From: Verrucomicrobiota bacterium
GTDB lineage: Bacteria; Verrucomicrobiota; Verrucomicrobiia; Opitutales; Seribacteraceae
Assembly (NCBI GenBank): GCA_027622665.1
Contig: JAQBYT010000003.1
Coordinates: forward strand, 96,001 to 160,000
Reading direction: 5' to 3'
Length of the DNA: 64,000 nucleotides
Shown here piece by piece: positions 1 through 7,784 of this stretch. A program made the translations under genes and the position numbers. Below the pieces are notes generated by a model. It saw only the letters and a program-made list of their open reading frames with translations, had not been told where the DNA came from and did no database searches. Each line of letters begins with the position of its first letter. Position 1 is the first letter of the stretch.

Positions 1-72
1 ATAGAAATCAGGAACAGGATAGAAAACTTGATAGATTTCATTTCTACAAGTGTCCCCACAGAAAGAAAAACG

Positions 73-1248
73 TCAAACAACGGTGGCCAGTTCGGGCAAC
101 TCTGATGCTATGGCATCGGCGAGAATCCGACCTGCGTCGAGCAAACGGTATCGCTCCCCCGCTCTTTCCGCCAATCCTTCGTCCTCAAAACGTTGAAAAA
201 ACAGGCGCAAAGGATCAAAGGCAGAGGACGGGACTGAAAACCTGTGCCCAATCTCGGCAAAATCGAAACCAGCGTTGAGCCGAAGCCCGAATAGCACGGA
301 ATCGTAGGCAAGGCTTCTGTCGGAAAGCGCTTCGACGTCCTCAACCGGGGAAGCATTGTTTTCTTCGAGAGAGTGGCCCCATGCCTCGAGGTTGGAAACA
401 TTGCGGTAACGTTTGCCGCCGAATTGAGAAGCGGCAGAAGGTCCATAACCCAGCCACTCGTTCATTCGCCAAGTATTGAGGTTGTGAAGAGATTCCATGC
501 CTGGCCGGGCGAAATTGGAAATCTCGTACTGGTCGTAACCACGGCTAGGCAGGTATTCCCACGCCAATTCGTAAAAAGCAGCCTCCCTCTCGGGGTCTAT
601 GCTCAGTTCGCCCTTGGCCAAGCGCGCGTACAAAGCCGTGTCCTCCTCAAATGTGAGACAGTAAGTGGAAATGTGGTCGGGACTCAGTTCAATGGCCCGG
701 CTAAGATCGCCTTCCCATTGCTCAATGGTTTGCCCAGGAGCACCGAAGATAAGATCCAAGTTGACGGATTCGAACCCCATGTCTCGAATCAAATCGTAAG
801 CGGACAGAACTTTTTCAGGAGGATGCCGGCGACCCATTTCGCCAAGAAGTTCAGTATCGAAGGTTTGTACCCCCAATGAGACTCGGGTTACGCCCCCGGC
901 CTTGAGTGCCCCCAGCTTTTCCGGAGTTACTTCATTAGGCGCTAATTCCACGCTCCATTCCTTCACCTCGTCGCCGGACTTTCCTCCCACAATTTCGCAC
1001 AACTCGAAAAGTTGATCGGGCGAAAGCACTCCTGGCGTCCCTCCCCCGATGAAAATCGTCTCCACGGAACGAGGTGGCACAATCCGCATAAACTCTCGCC
1101 TTAACCAAATTATGTAACTTTTGATTGAGTTTTTTCTTGGTTTCTCTTGGTAGAACGCGCAAAAGTCACATGTGGACGAGCAGAACGGCACGTGGACGTA
1201 TAAGCCCAGCGAGTTTTGCTCTGCCTTGTTTTTACCTTGAACGTTCAT
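73..1248 (-). CDS. hemW: Radical SAM heme chaperone HemW (HemN-like)
   Basis: GLYVHVPFCSSTCDFC radical SAM CxxxCxxC motif; TIFIGGGTP, RVSLGVQTF, YEISNFA motifs. Start placed at ATG 1248. Confidence 0.9.
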   Translation of the reverse strand: MNVQGKNKAEQNSLGLYVHVPFCSSTCDFCAFYQEKPRKNSIKSYIIWLRREFMRIVPPRSVETIFIGGGTPGVLSPDQLFELCEIVGGKSGDEVKEWSVELAPNEVTPEKLGALKAGGVTRVSLGVQTFDTELLGEMGRRHPPEKVLSAYDLIRDMGFESVNLDLIFGAPGQTIEQWEGDLSRAIELSPDHISTYCLTFEEDTALYARLAKGELSIDPEREAAFYELAWEYLPSRGYDQYEISNFARPGMESLHNLNTWRMNEWLGYGPSAASQFGGKRYRNVSNLEAWGHSLEENNASPVEDVEALSDRSLAYDSVLFGLRLNAGFDFAEIGHRFSVPSSAFDPLRLFFQRFEDEGLAERAGERYRLLDAGRILADAIASELPELATVV

Positions 1249-1290
1249 GCCAAATTCACAGACCAAGAAATCATAAACCTCTTAATGACG

Positions 1291-2190
1291 ATGCAACGCC
1301 TATCTCTCAAGTCTTTCATGCTCGCAACCGCTTTTCTCTGGTTAGCTGGTTGCAACAAGCCAAGTTTCATAAACCTCACGTCGGGGAACCTGAACCAGAA
1401 TCCATCCGGCATCTACACCCTGCAGACCGAGATCGACCTGCAGGATCGGAACATCGTCGAAGGTTCCGTCGAGGTCTTCGCCGTAATCGGCGGACAAGAG
1501 GTGTCGATGGTTACCGATCAATTGAACAATAGGATATGGAGTTGCGACTACAAACTTCCCGCTGGTTACGATGAGGCGGCTTATTACTTCCGAGCGGATT
1601 ATAAGGTAAACACAAACGGATCGACTCCTAAAAAGGAAAAGAAGAGCAAGTTGCAGCGCTTTAGCTTGGAGAACCGCTATGTCGGCAACCTCGCCAGCTA
1701 TCGGGCTCCCGTCGGTTCCGAGATCGCGGTACAGGGACGCGGTTTCACTCGGCACGACAATGTTCGCTTCGGTGGCCAAGCTACCCAAACCAAATACCTT
1801 TCGGAAAATGAAATTCGATTCGTGGTTCCCGCCCTGCCCGCCGGAGTGGACTATCCCGTGCAGTTAATCGGTGGTCCCTACGGCAGCTTCGACGTGGGAG
1901 ATTTCCGCATCGACGAAAGCTCCTTGAGCGTGTCACCGCAAAGCATTGAAATTTCTTCCGGGGAAAGCGAAATACTGCTCTTCAAGATAGACTTCGAGGC
2001 CCCTGCGGGCGGATTGCCCGTCCAAGTCGAGACCGATGTGCCCGCCTCCGTCATCATGCCCGAGGCTCGCATCCAATCAGGCACCCGCACCGCCACAATC
2101 CCCGTAAAGGGAGGGCAACCGGGGTCGGGCAACCTCTTCATTAAGGTACTTGGTCTCAAGGAAGTCACCGTACCGATAAAGGTGCTCTAG
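1291..2190 (+). CDS. Lipoprotein with IPT/TIG-like Ig domains
   Basis: Signal peptide with lipobox LAGC. The segment PVGSEIAVQGRGF...VRFGG...SENEIRFVVP matches the IPT/TIG pattern. Start may be 1285 or 1291. Confidence 0.65.
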   Translation: MQRLSLKSFMLATAFLWLAGCNKPSFINLTSGNLNQNPSGIYTLQTEIDLQDRNIVEGSVEVFAVIGGQEVSMVTDQLNNRIWSCDYKLPAGYDEAAYYFRADYKVNTNGSTPKKEKKSKLQRFSLENRYVGNLASYRAPVGSEIAVQGRGFTRHDNVRFGGQATQTKYLSENEIRFVVPALPAGVDYPVQLIGGPYGSFDVGDFRIDESSLSVSPQSIEISSGESEILLFKIDFEAPAGGLPVQVETDVPASVIMPEARIQSGTRTATIPVKGGQPGSGNLFIKVLGLKEVTVPIKVL

Positions 2191-2229
2191 TTTACTCCGT
2201 CGGCATCGCCTTGCTCAGAGGTGGACGGC

Positions 2230-2259
2230 TTGACTTTCAAGGGCATCATACGGTAGAAG
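2230..2259 (+). promoter_or_regulatory. Possible sigma70-type promoter for the tRNA pair
   Basis: TTGACT (2230-2235), 18-nt spacer, TAGAAG (2254-2259), 17 nt before tRNA-Thr. Confidence 0.3.
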
Positions 2260-2276
2260 GAGTCCTACAAACAAAG

Positions 2277-2352
2277 GCCACCTTAGCTCAGTTGGTAGAG
2301 CAGGGGTTTTGTAAACCTCAGGTCGTCGGTTCGAGTCCGACAGGTGGCTCCA
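2277..2352 (+). tRNA. tRNA-Thr(UGU)
   Basis: Acceptor stem GCCACCT/AGGTGGC, D-arm TAGCTCAGTTGGTAGAGC, anticodon loop TTTGTAA, GGTTCGAGTCC T-arm, encoded CCA. Confidence 0.96.
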
Positions 2353-2358
2353 TCTTCA

Positions 2359-2448
2359 GGAAGGGTGGCAGAGTGGTCTAATGCGGCGGTCTTGAAAACC
2401 GCTGAGCCGGAAACGGTTCCGGGGGTTCGAATCCCTCCCCTTCCGCCA
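2359..2448 (+). tRNA. tRNA-Ser(UGA)
   Basis: Acceptor stem GGAAGGG/CCCTTCC, anticodon arm GCGGT-CTTGAAA-ACCGC, long variable arm, GGTTCGAATCC, CCA end. Confidence 0.96.
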
Positions 2449-2539
2449 TCAATACCGGGACTTAAGAAAATCTAATCCCTCGGTCATCCAAATGGATTTT
2501 GCAAAATAATGCTCATCATTGAGATAAAATGAGAGAATT

Positions 2540-2559
2540 CTGTCCGAAACTGTCCGAAA
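2540..2559. repeat. Tandem 10-bp direct repeat CTGTCCGAAA x2 in an AT-rich spacer
   Basis: Read directly as ctgtccgaaa-ctgtccgaaa, about 90 nt after the tRNA-Ser 3' end. Confidence 0.7.
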
Positions 2560-2709
2560 ACAAATAAGGGCAAGAAGGGAAATCTATCCCCCGAAAGTTT
2601 AATCATTAGATTTAAATCCAATTAAGATCCTTCCTCGGACCAACACAGCTTAATTCTCTTATTGGGAAGAAGCGTATTTTAGCCTTTATCGCGGCAATGC
2701 CGGCAAAGC

Positions 2710-2795
2710 CCGAAAAAAAGCGCCGCTTTGTTCGGCTCCGGTCGCTCCCCGCGCAGGCTCCGCTCTGCTCGGCGGCTCCCTCCGTTCTCACTCCG
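2710..2795 (-). other. GC-rich element 3' of the FGE/CLec gene: six GGAG motifs plus an imperfect hairpin with a T-run
   Basis: CTCC on the + strand at 2736, 2745, 2758, 2776, 2780 and 2791. Inverted repeat CCGAA..AAAGC-GCC-GCTTT..TTCGG at 2710-2735. Confidence 0.55.
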
Positions 2796-3749
2796 CTACT
2801 GGCTGGTCGGTCGGAGACTGAGGCGGAAGCCCAGGAAGTTGATGCTGAAGGCGGGCCCGTCCCTGCTCCGATCCGCGGAACGGGCGGAGTACGCCGAGAA
2901 GTACCAGGAACCACCGCGTAAGACGCGGATGGAGCCATCCGCAGGACCGACAGGATCACGCACTGCACCGGCCGGGTAATCGCCATACCAGTCCGCGCAC
3001 CATTCCCATACGTTGCCATGCATGTCGTGGAAGCCCCAAGCGTTCGCAGGATACTTGCCCACGTCCGTGGTCTCGTCGGGACGAGCAAGACTTGCGTTAA
3101 TATTCGCCTGTCCGGAAGTCAGGCTGTCTCCGAAAGTATAAGCCGTCTTAGTTTCTGCTCGGCAGGCATACTCCCACTGGGCCTCCGTGGGCAGTTGGTA
3201 AGACATCCCCGAAGGTAGGCGTCCCGCCTTGCGCTCCAGCTCAGTGAGCTTCTCACAAAAAGACGTTACCGCCGTCCAAGACACTCTCTCCACGGGGCGA
3301 TCCGCTCCATTGAAATGACTGGGGTTACTTCCCATCACCTTCTCCCACTCCGACTGAGTCACCTCGTGTTTGCCGAGGTAGAAACCTTGCGACAGCGTCA
3401 CAGTATGCGGGGTTTCGTCGTCCGCACGATTCTTCTCGGACGACCGACTACCCATCTCGAAAGTTCCCGGCTTCACCCACAGCATCTCCATGGACAGATC
3501 GGCTATGACGAAAGATGCGTTGGCCTCGAAGACCGATGTGGAAAGGTTCACAGGCGCGGGCGAAACCTTCTTGGGAGGTGTACGAGGTTTCGGACGAGGA
3601 GTTTCAGGGGCGGGAGCAGGCGAGGGTTCTCGAGAAGGTCCGGGGGCGGAAGTCGCCGTATCATCCTCCACGACTTTCGTAGTTTCTTCATCCTCCCCAC
3701 ACCCCGCCATCAGCAGGGCGACGAACATCGTAACAAGTAACTTCTTCAT
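2796..3749 (-). CDS. Lipoprotein with Pro-rich linker and FGE-sulfatase (C-type lectin fold) domain; candidate DGR target
   Basis: Lipobox MAGC; PAPAPETPRPKP linker; motifs PGTFEMGS, LPTEAQWEYACRA, HDMHGNVWEWCAD, RVLRGGSW...LGFRL. Lacks the catalytic Cys pair of true FGE. Confidence 0.88.
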   Translation of the reverse strand: MKKLLVTMFVALLMAGCGEDEETTKVVEDDTATSAPGPSREPSPAPAPETPRPKPRTPPKKVSPAPVNLSTSVFEANASFVIADLSMEMLWVKPGTFEMGSRSSEKNRADDETPHTVTLSQGFYLGKHEVTQSEWEKVMGSNPSHFNGADRPVERVSWTAVTSFCEKLTELERKAGRLPSGMSYQLPTEAQWEYACRAETKTAYTFGDSLTSGQANINASLARPDETTDVGKYPANAWGFHDMHGNVWEWCADWYGDYPAGAVRDPVGPADGSIRVLRGGSWYFSAYSARSADRSRDGPAFSINFLGFRLSLRPTSQ

Positions 3750-3931
3750 CTCGTTATTGTAGAGCTTTGCGATTGATTCGACTATTACAAGTTTCCGCTG
3801 ATTTTATAACAGGTATTGGGTACGGCTACGGCCAAGTTTTATCCGCACAACTCGAAGAGCAGGTAACAGCCGTAAAGGGACGCAATTTCCGGTTTCACCT
3901 CTAATCGAAAAGCCAAGGGGATTCGCTTTTC

Positions 3932-4414
3932 CTAAAGTCGACCCGGAGGTTCTGCCGGGGTTTCCGGTTCTGGCGGGGTTTCCGGTTCTGGCGGGGTTTC
4001 CGGTTCTGGCGGGGTTTCCGGCGGGGGTTCGGTTCCGCCTCGTCCGTGGAATTCGTCTATTTGGTCGGTTTCGGCAAATCGGTTGAATGATGCCCGCTCC
4101 AAGGGTTGAGAGAATTTGAGAAGTAATTCCTCGTTTTCCCTGTCTAGATAAAAAATCTGGAGGAGTTTGGAGTGGGACTCGTTGACGAGCTTCTTGGAGT
4201 CGTCGAAGGGGGAGAACAATTCGGGCTGCAGGCGCTTGAGGTTACTGAGGGACTCGTCGAGCTTGGGCAGGAGGGCTTTCTTACGTTCTATCAAGCTGTC
4301 ATCGGGAGCGGTCTTTTGGGTCTTGAGCCAAGTGTTTTCCTCAAGCAGCAGGGCGTGAACATCTTCACAAAGGCCAAGGTGTCGGACCAGTACATCGCAA
4401 GGTTCCATTCCCAA
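3932..4414 (-). CDS. Small helical protein, possibly FlgN-like export chaperone, with a C-terminal PPEPET repeat tail
   Basis: Helical pattern LLLEENTWLK...ERKKALLPKLDESL...LDRENEELL recalls FlgN-family proteins (weak, by eye). Confidence 0.45.
   Translation of the reverse strand: MGMEPCDVLVRHLGLCEDVHALLLEENTWLKTQKTAPDDSLIERKKALLPKLDESLSNLKRLQPELFSPFDDSKKLVNESHSKLLQIFYLDRENEELLLKFSQPLERASFNRFAETDQIDEFHGRGGTEPPPETPPEPETPPEPETPPEPETPAEPPGRL
3957..4021. repeat. 18-bp tandem repeat GGGGTTTCCGGTTCTGGC, about 3.6 copies
   Basis: Exact units at 3957, 3975 and 3993, partial at 4011. Encodes PPEPET repeats on the minus strand. Confidence 0.95.
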
Positions 4415-4501
4415 ATGGTGGCGAAACGGTAACGAACCGTCAAAGCTAGAATTTCGGGATTGGGAAAAACAATCAAAGCTTGGCGGGGACAGGCGGACGG
4501 T

Positions 4502-6496
4502 TTACCCCGACTTGACACCCAAACGATTGGCGGACTGCCTGATGCTGCGAGTGTCCTCCAATTGCTCCCGGCGCCACTTGGCCATGCCGAAAACATACTT
4601 GAGGTATTTGTTTTCGATAACGCGTTTGGCGGCGGTCGCGCTCCCTTGGTTAACTTCGTCGCGAACCTCTTGATAGGTTTCGACTGCTTGTATGTATAGA
4701 CCAAGCTTTTCCTGGCAGAGAGCAATTTGATAAAGAACGGGGACTCGCCAGTCCGGCGACATGTCGATTTCACGCATAGCCTCGTAAACTCGAAGCGAGG
4801 AATGAGAATCACCTTCCTCGAAAAACTTGTTTGCCAAATAGTTGCCGGTTTTCTTCTTCCAGTAAATCCAGAGTCCCTTCATGCGGGCAAGTTCGTTGTA
4901 ATCCAAATCCTTGGCTGGTTTGCTTCTGACCTCCTGCTCAATTTCTTCAGGTCGGAAGGGGGCGCCTTCCAATAGGGCAAGGAGTTCGACAATCGCCATC
5001 TTGCGCGCATCGAGCTTATCGTAGGTAAGGGCGAGCAGATAGCGAGCCTCAGGAACGTACTGGCTCCGGGGAAAGCTCTCCGAGAAGCCGCGGAGGTCCA
5101 GCTTAACTTGCGTGAAATCTGCCTTGGGCAAGTTCTCCAACTTGGATTGACGCGGCTTCGAAGAATCCGCCGACATTTGTTCCTCTAGCTTTATATTTTC
5201 TCGCGCTCTCCGATAATGCGAAAGAGCGTGCTTGAAAAGAACCTCGGCCCTATCGCTTTCATCCATGTCTTCTACGCGAATTATGCGGCCATAAAACTTG
5301 ATTGCCCCATCGTAATCCTCGGCGTCGAGGTAAGTTGCGGCAATCTCGATCATCGCTTGCTTGGCCACGGCATCGTGGCGAGTTTGGCGGGAAGAGTAAT
5401 CTTTATCGATATTACCCGAAGGAACCTCCGCCAAAACCATGGTGGAGTTCATGGCATCGTAAAACTTGTTACTTGCCATTTGATGCGCTCCCAATTTCCG
5501 ATAGATTTTCCCAAGTCGGAAATGAGTCTCGGGAATGGTGGGAGCACCGCGTTTGACTCCTCTTACCCATGCCCCGCTGTCTCCGAGATCGGATCGCAGT
5601 TCGGAAATCCCCGGAGCCGACATGTATTCCTCAAAGGGGTATTTTTCGTCGGAAGCAAATTCCTCGAGAAAGCGCTCATAGGTTTTTGCGGCATCGACCC
5701 ATGCACCATTGCGTTCGTGCATGCGTAGGAGCGAAATTAATATGTCGCGACGGTAGCGCTTGTAGTTAGGAAGGTTAAGACGCCCAAGAACACGATTACA
5801 GTAGGCAGTGGCTTTAAAAACGGAACGGGTGACGTAAGGATTGCCGGTGCCACCCGAGGCCTTTTTCGTTTCCGAGATGGCCTCTTCGATTTTTTGTTGC
5901 AGCTCCTCGTCCACTTCGTCGCCAAGGACTAAGTAGGGTTCCACGTCGATTTCGAGTTCCGGTTGAGCATTCTGCTGCTCGTAGAGATTAGGTGTTTCAA
6001 TGATTTGGTCGCCGGATTCAACACCTGACGGAGATGAGCTCGGTTCCGATGCAAGCAACGATGACTCGGAAAGGTCGGGCTTGCCATTAGGATCGCGCAG
6101 GAGCTTGGCTTTGTTGGGTTCACCGAAGGGGTCGACCCGTTCGAGAAGTTGCTCCAACGTAAAGTCCTGAAAATTTTCTGGGGATGATTCGGAACCGCCT
6201 CCAGTTCCACCTACGATGGGTTTGGCAGGGTCATTAATGAGATTGGAAGGTTTCAACGCCTTGTCATAACGGAAGGAACCTATGTCTTTATCATTTGGCT
6301 GGGGGGGTTGCTGTGCAACCGGAGAAGGCGACGGCGTGGACAGTAGCACTCGATCAAAGCCTTGTATGAGCTTATCTACGTCCTTAAGCACTTCTTCGAT
6401 TGGCTGAAGGGTAGCGGAATTTTGCCCGTATAACGAAACGCCGAAGCAGATTAGAATTAAATGAAAAAAGTGAAATGGAGTTTTCAGCGTGTGCAT
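4502..6496 (-). CDS. Exported TPR-repeat protein
   Basis: N-terminal signal peptide, low-complexity linker, TPR-like helices (THFRLGKIYRKLG, EARYLLALTYDKL, VLYQIALCQEKLG). Confidence 0.75.
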   Translation of the reverse strand: MHTLKTPFHFFHLILICFGVSLYGQNSATLQPIEEVLKDVDKLIQGFDRVLLSTPSPSPVAQQPPQPNDKDIGSFRYDKALKPSNLINDPAKPIVGGTGGGSESSPENFQDFTLEQLLERVDPFGEPNKAKLLRDPNGKPDLSESSLLASEPSSSPSGVESGDQIIETPNLYEQQNAQPELEIDVEPYLVLGDEVDEELQQKIEEAISETKKASGGTGNPYVTRSVFKATAYCNRVLGRLNLPNYKRYRRDILISLLRMHERNGAWVDAAKTYERFLEEFASDEKYPFEEYMSAPGISELRSDLGDSGAWVRGVKRGAPTIPETHFRLGKIYRKLGAHQMASNKFYDAMNSTMVLAEVPSGNIDKDYSSRQTRHDAVAKQAMIEIAATYLDAEDYDGAIKFYGRIIRVEDMDESDRAEVLFKHALSHYRRARENIKLEEQMSADSSKPRQSKLENLPKADFTQVKLDLRGFSESFPRSQYVPEARYLLALTYDKLDARKMAIVELLALLEGAPFRPEEIEQEVRSKPAKDLDYNELARMKGLWIYWKKKTGNYLANKFFEEGDSHSSLRVYEAMREIDMSPDWRVPVLYQIALCQEKLGLYIQAVETYQEVRDEVNQGSATAAKRVIENKYLKYVFGMAKWRREQLEDTRSIRQSANRLGVKSG

Positions 6497-6509
6497 CGTG
6501 GATAATTAA

Positions 6510-7055
6510 TTATTGTCTCGGTCGTCTAATATACTTGGCTTCCGATCTAATTTCAAGGTTTGCGGGAGCCGCGGAATAAGGTGGAATGAAAGGGAGAAAG
6601 TCCGGCATGCCCGAACCGCGTTTGATTTGTTCTCGTTGTTCTCGTTCGAGGACTTCAATCAAGTCGTCTGTCGAAGGTTCGCGATTAGCCGGGATGTCAA
6701 AAGGATCCGAGGGAGGTAAGATGACGGGAAACGTCACGACTACGGGTGGACTCACTTCAGGCAAGGTGGTCTTGGACTCTTCAACGGAAGATGGCTCGGG
6801 AGTGATGGGAGGCAAAGAAGCGATGGTCGCATTGGATTCAATCGACAGGACGGGCAGGAAAAGTAGATTGTACCGATCTGCCGGAATGGCTTTCGGCACT
6901 CGGAGAGCGAGCGCCGGAGGACGGAAATATTTGAGGTAACCGTCTTGCTTCGGTTCAGGTGCGTCAAAACGCTTCAAGATGGATCCGGAGACCGAAAAAG
7001 CGACCGTCAAAAAGAACAGGGCGAACACGTGCGGAGTCAAATTGGAGTAGTTCAT
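6510..7055 (-). CDS. Hypothetical exported Pro-rich protein
   Basis: Signal-like VFALFFLTVAFSVS; co-oriented with the TPR gene (13-nt gap). Start 7055 or 7064. Confidence 0.55.
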   Translation of the reverse strand: MNYSNLTPHVFALFFLTVAFSVSGSILKRFDAPEPKQDGYLKYFRPPALALRVPKAIPADRYNLLFLPVLSIESNATIASLPPITPEPSSVEESKTTLPEVSPPVVVTFPVILPPSDPFDIPANREPSTDDLIEVLEREQREQIKRGSGMPDFLPFIPPYSAAPANLEIRSEAKYIRRPRQ

Positions 7056-7110
7056 AATTGGCATGAGTTTGGAATGCGTAATTAAACAATCGGCCGGACT
7101 TGGGAAAACT

Positions 7111-7689
7111 TTACTCTTTTTTTCCCGTGGCATGCCTCCATTCTTCCGGCAGGTCGGGTTGATGGGCTCGGTGAACAGCCAAAAGGTCCTCCATGTGATG
7201 AATGTCCAAGGGATGGATACGATCATCTTCAAAACGGGTTGCATTGATATCGAAAGGGTTACCGTAATTGAAGATTCGTTCACTGGTCAGGGCCCATACG
7301 GCATAAGGGACGGACAGTGCCTCACCCGTATCCTCCGCGAGCGCAACCGCCTTGGCCACCACTTCGGGCGAACATTCGGGGAAATTGCAATTATAGTTCA
7401 CATGAACATCGCAAGGGAAATGCTCGATGACGTGACGAAAGACTGGAATTGAAGCCACATCGTCTCCCGAGAGTTCAGGAGGTCGCCAAAGAATTTCAGC
7501 CTTCGAGTCCATGCAAGTCCTAGCTATTAATTCGCTGTCCGTGGAGAGCACGACTCGGTCGACGATCGGGCAACGCTCCAGAAACCTAACGGCCCGCAAC
7601 ACAAGAGGGACCCCCTTATAGGGAAGTAAGTTCTTGTAGGTCAGACGCTTACTACCAAGCCTAGCAATAACCGAACCAATAACTTTCAT
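7111..7689 (-). CDS. Acylneuraminate/nonulosonate cytidylyltransferase (NeuA/PseF-like)
   Basis: IARLGSKRLTYKN motif, VVLSTDS, RPPELSGD, DIHHMEDL. Confidence 0.85.
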   Translation of the reverse strand: MKVIGSVIARLGSKRLTYKNLLPYKGVPLVLRAVRFLERCPIVDRVVLSTDSELIARTCMDSKAEILWRPPELSGDDVASIPVFRHVIEHFPCDVHVNYNCNFPECSPEVVAKAVALAEDTGEALSVPYAVWALTSERIFNYGNPFDINATRFEDDRIHPLDIHHMEDLLAVHRAHQPDLPEEWRHATGKKE

Positions 7690-7784
7690 ACCGTGCATAT
7701 TATGAACACTTCCGGCGGCAGGCAAGCTTTGCCTCAACTAAAAACAGCTTGAAATAAGGTCTTCACCTAGATTGCCTTATAAAC

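Noticed and set aside
2796..3749. FGE-domain gene as the maturase for the many sulfatases in the window
   Set aside because: It lacks the catalytic Cys pair after RGGS (reads RGGSWYFSAYSARS) and is a lipoprotein with a stalk, which fits a binding CLec domain.
3957..4021. Tandem repeat as a CRISPR array
   Set aside because: The units are contiguous with no spacers, lie in frame within a CDS, and no cas genes are present.
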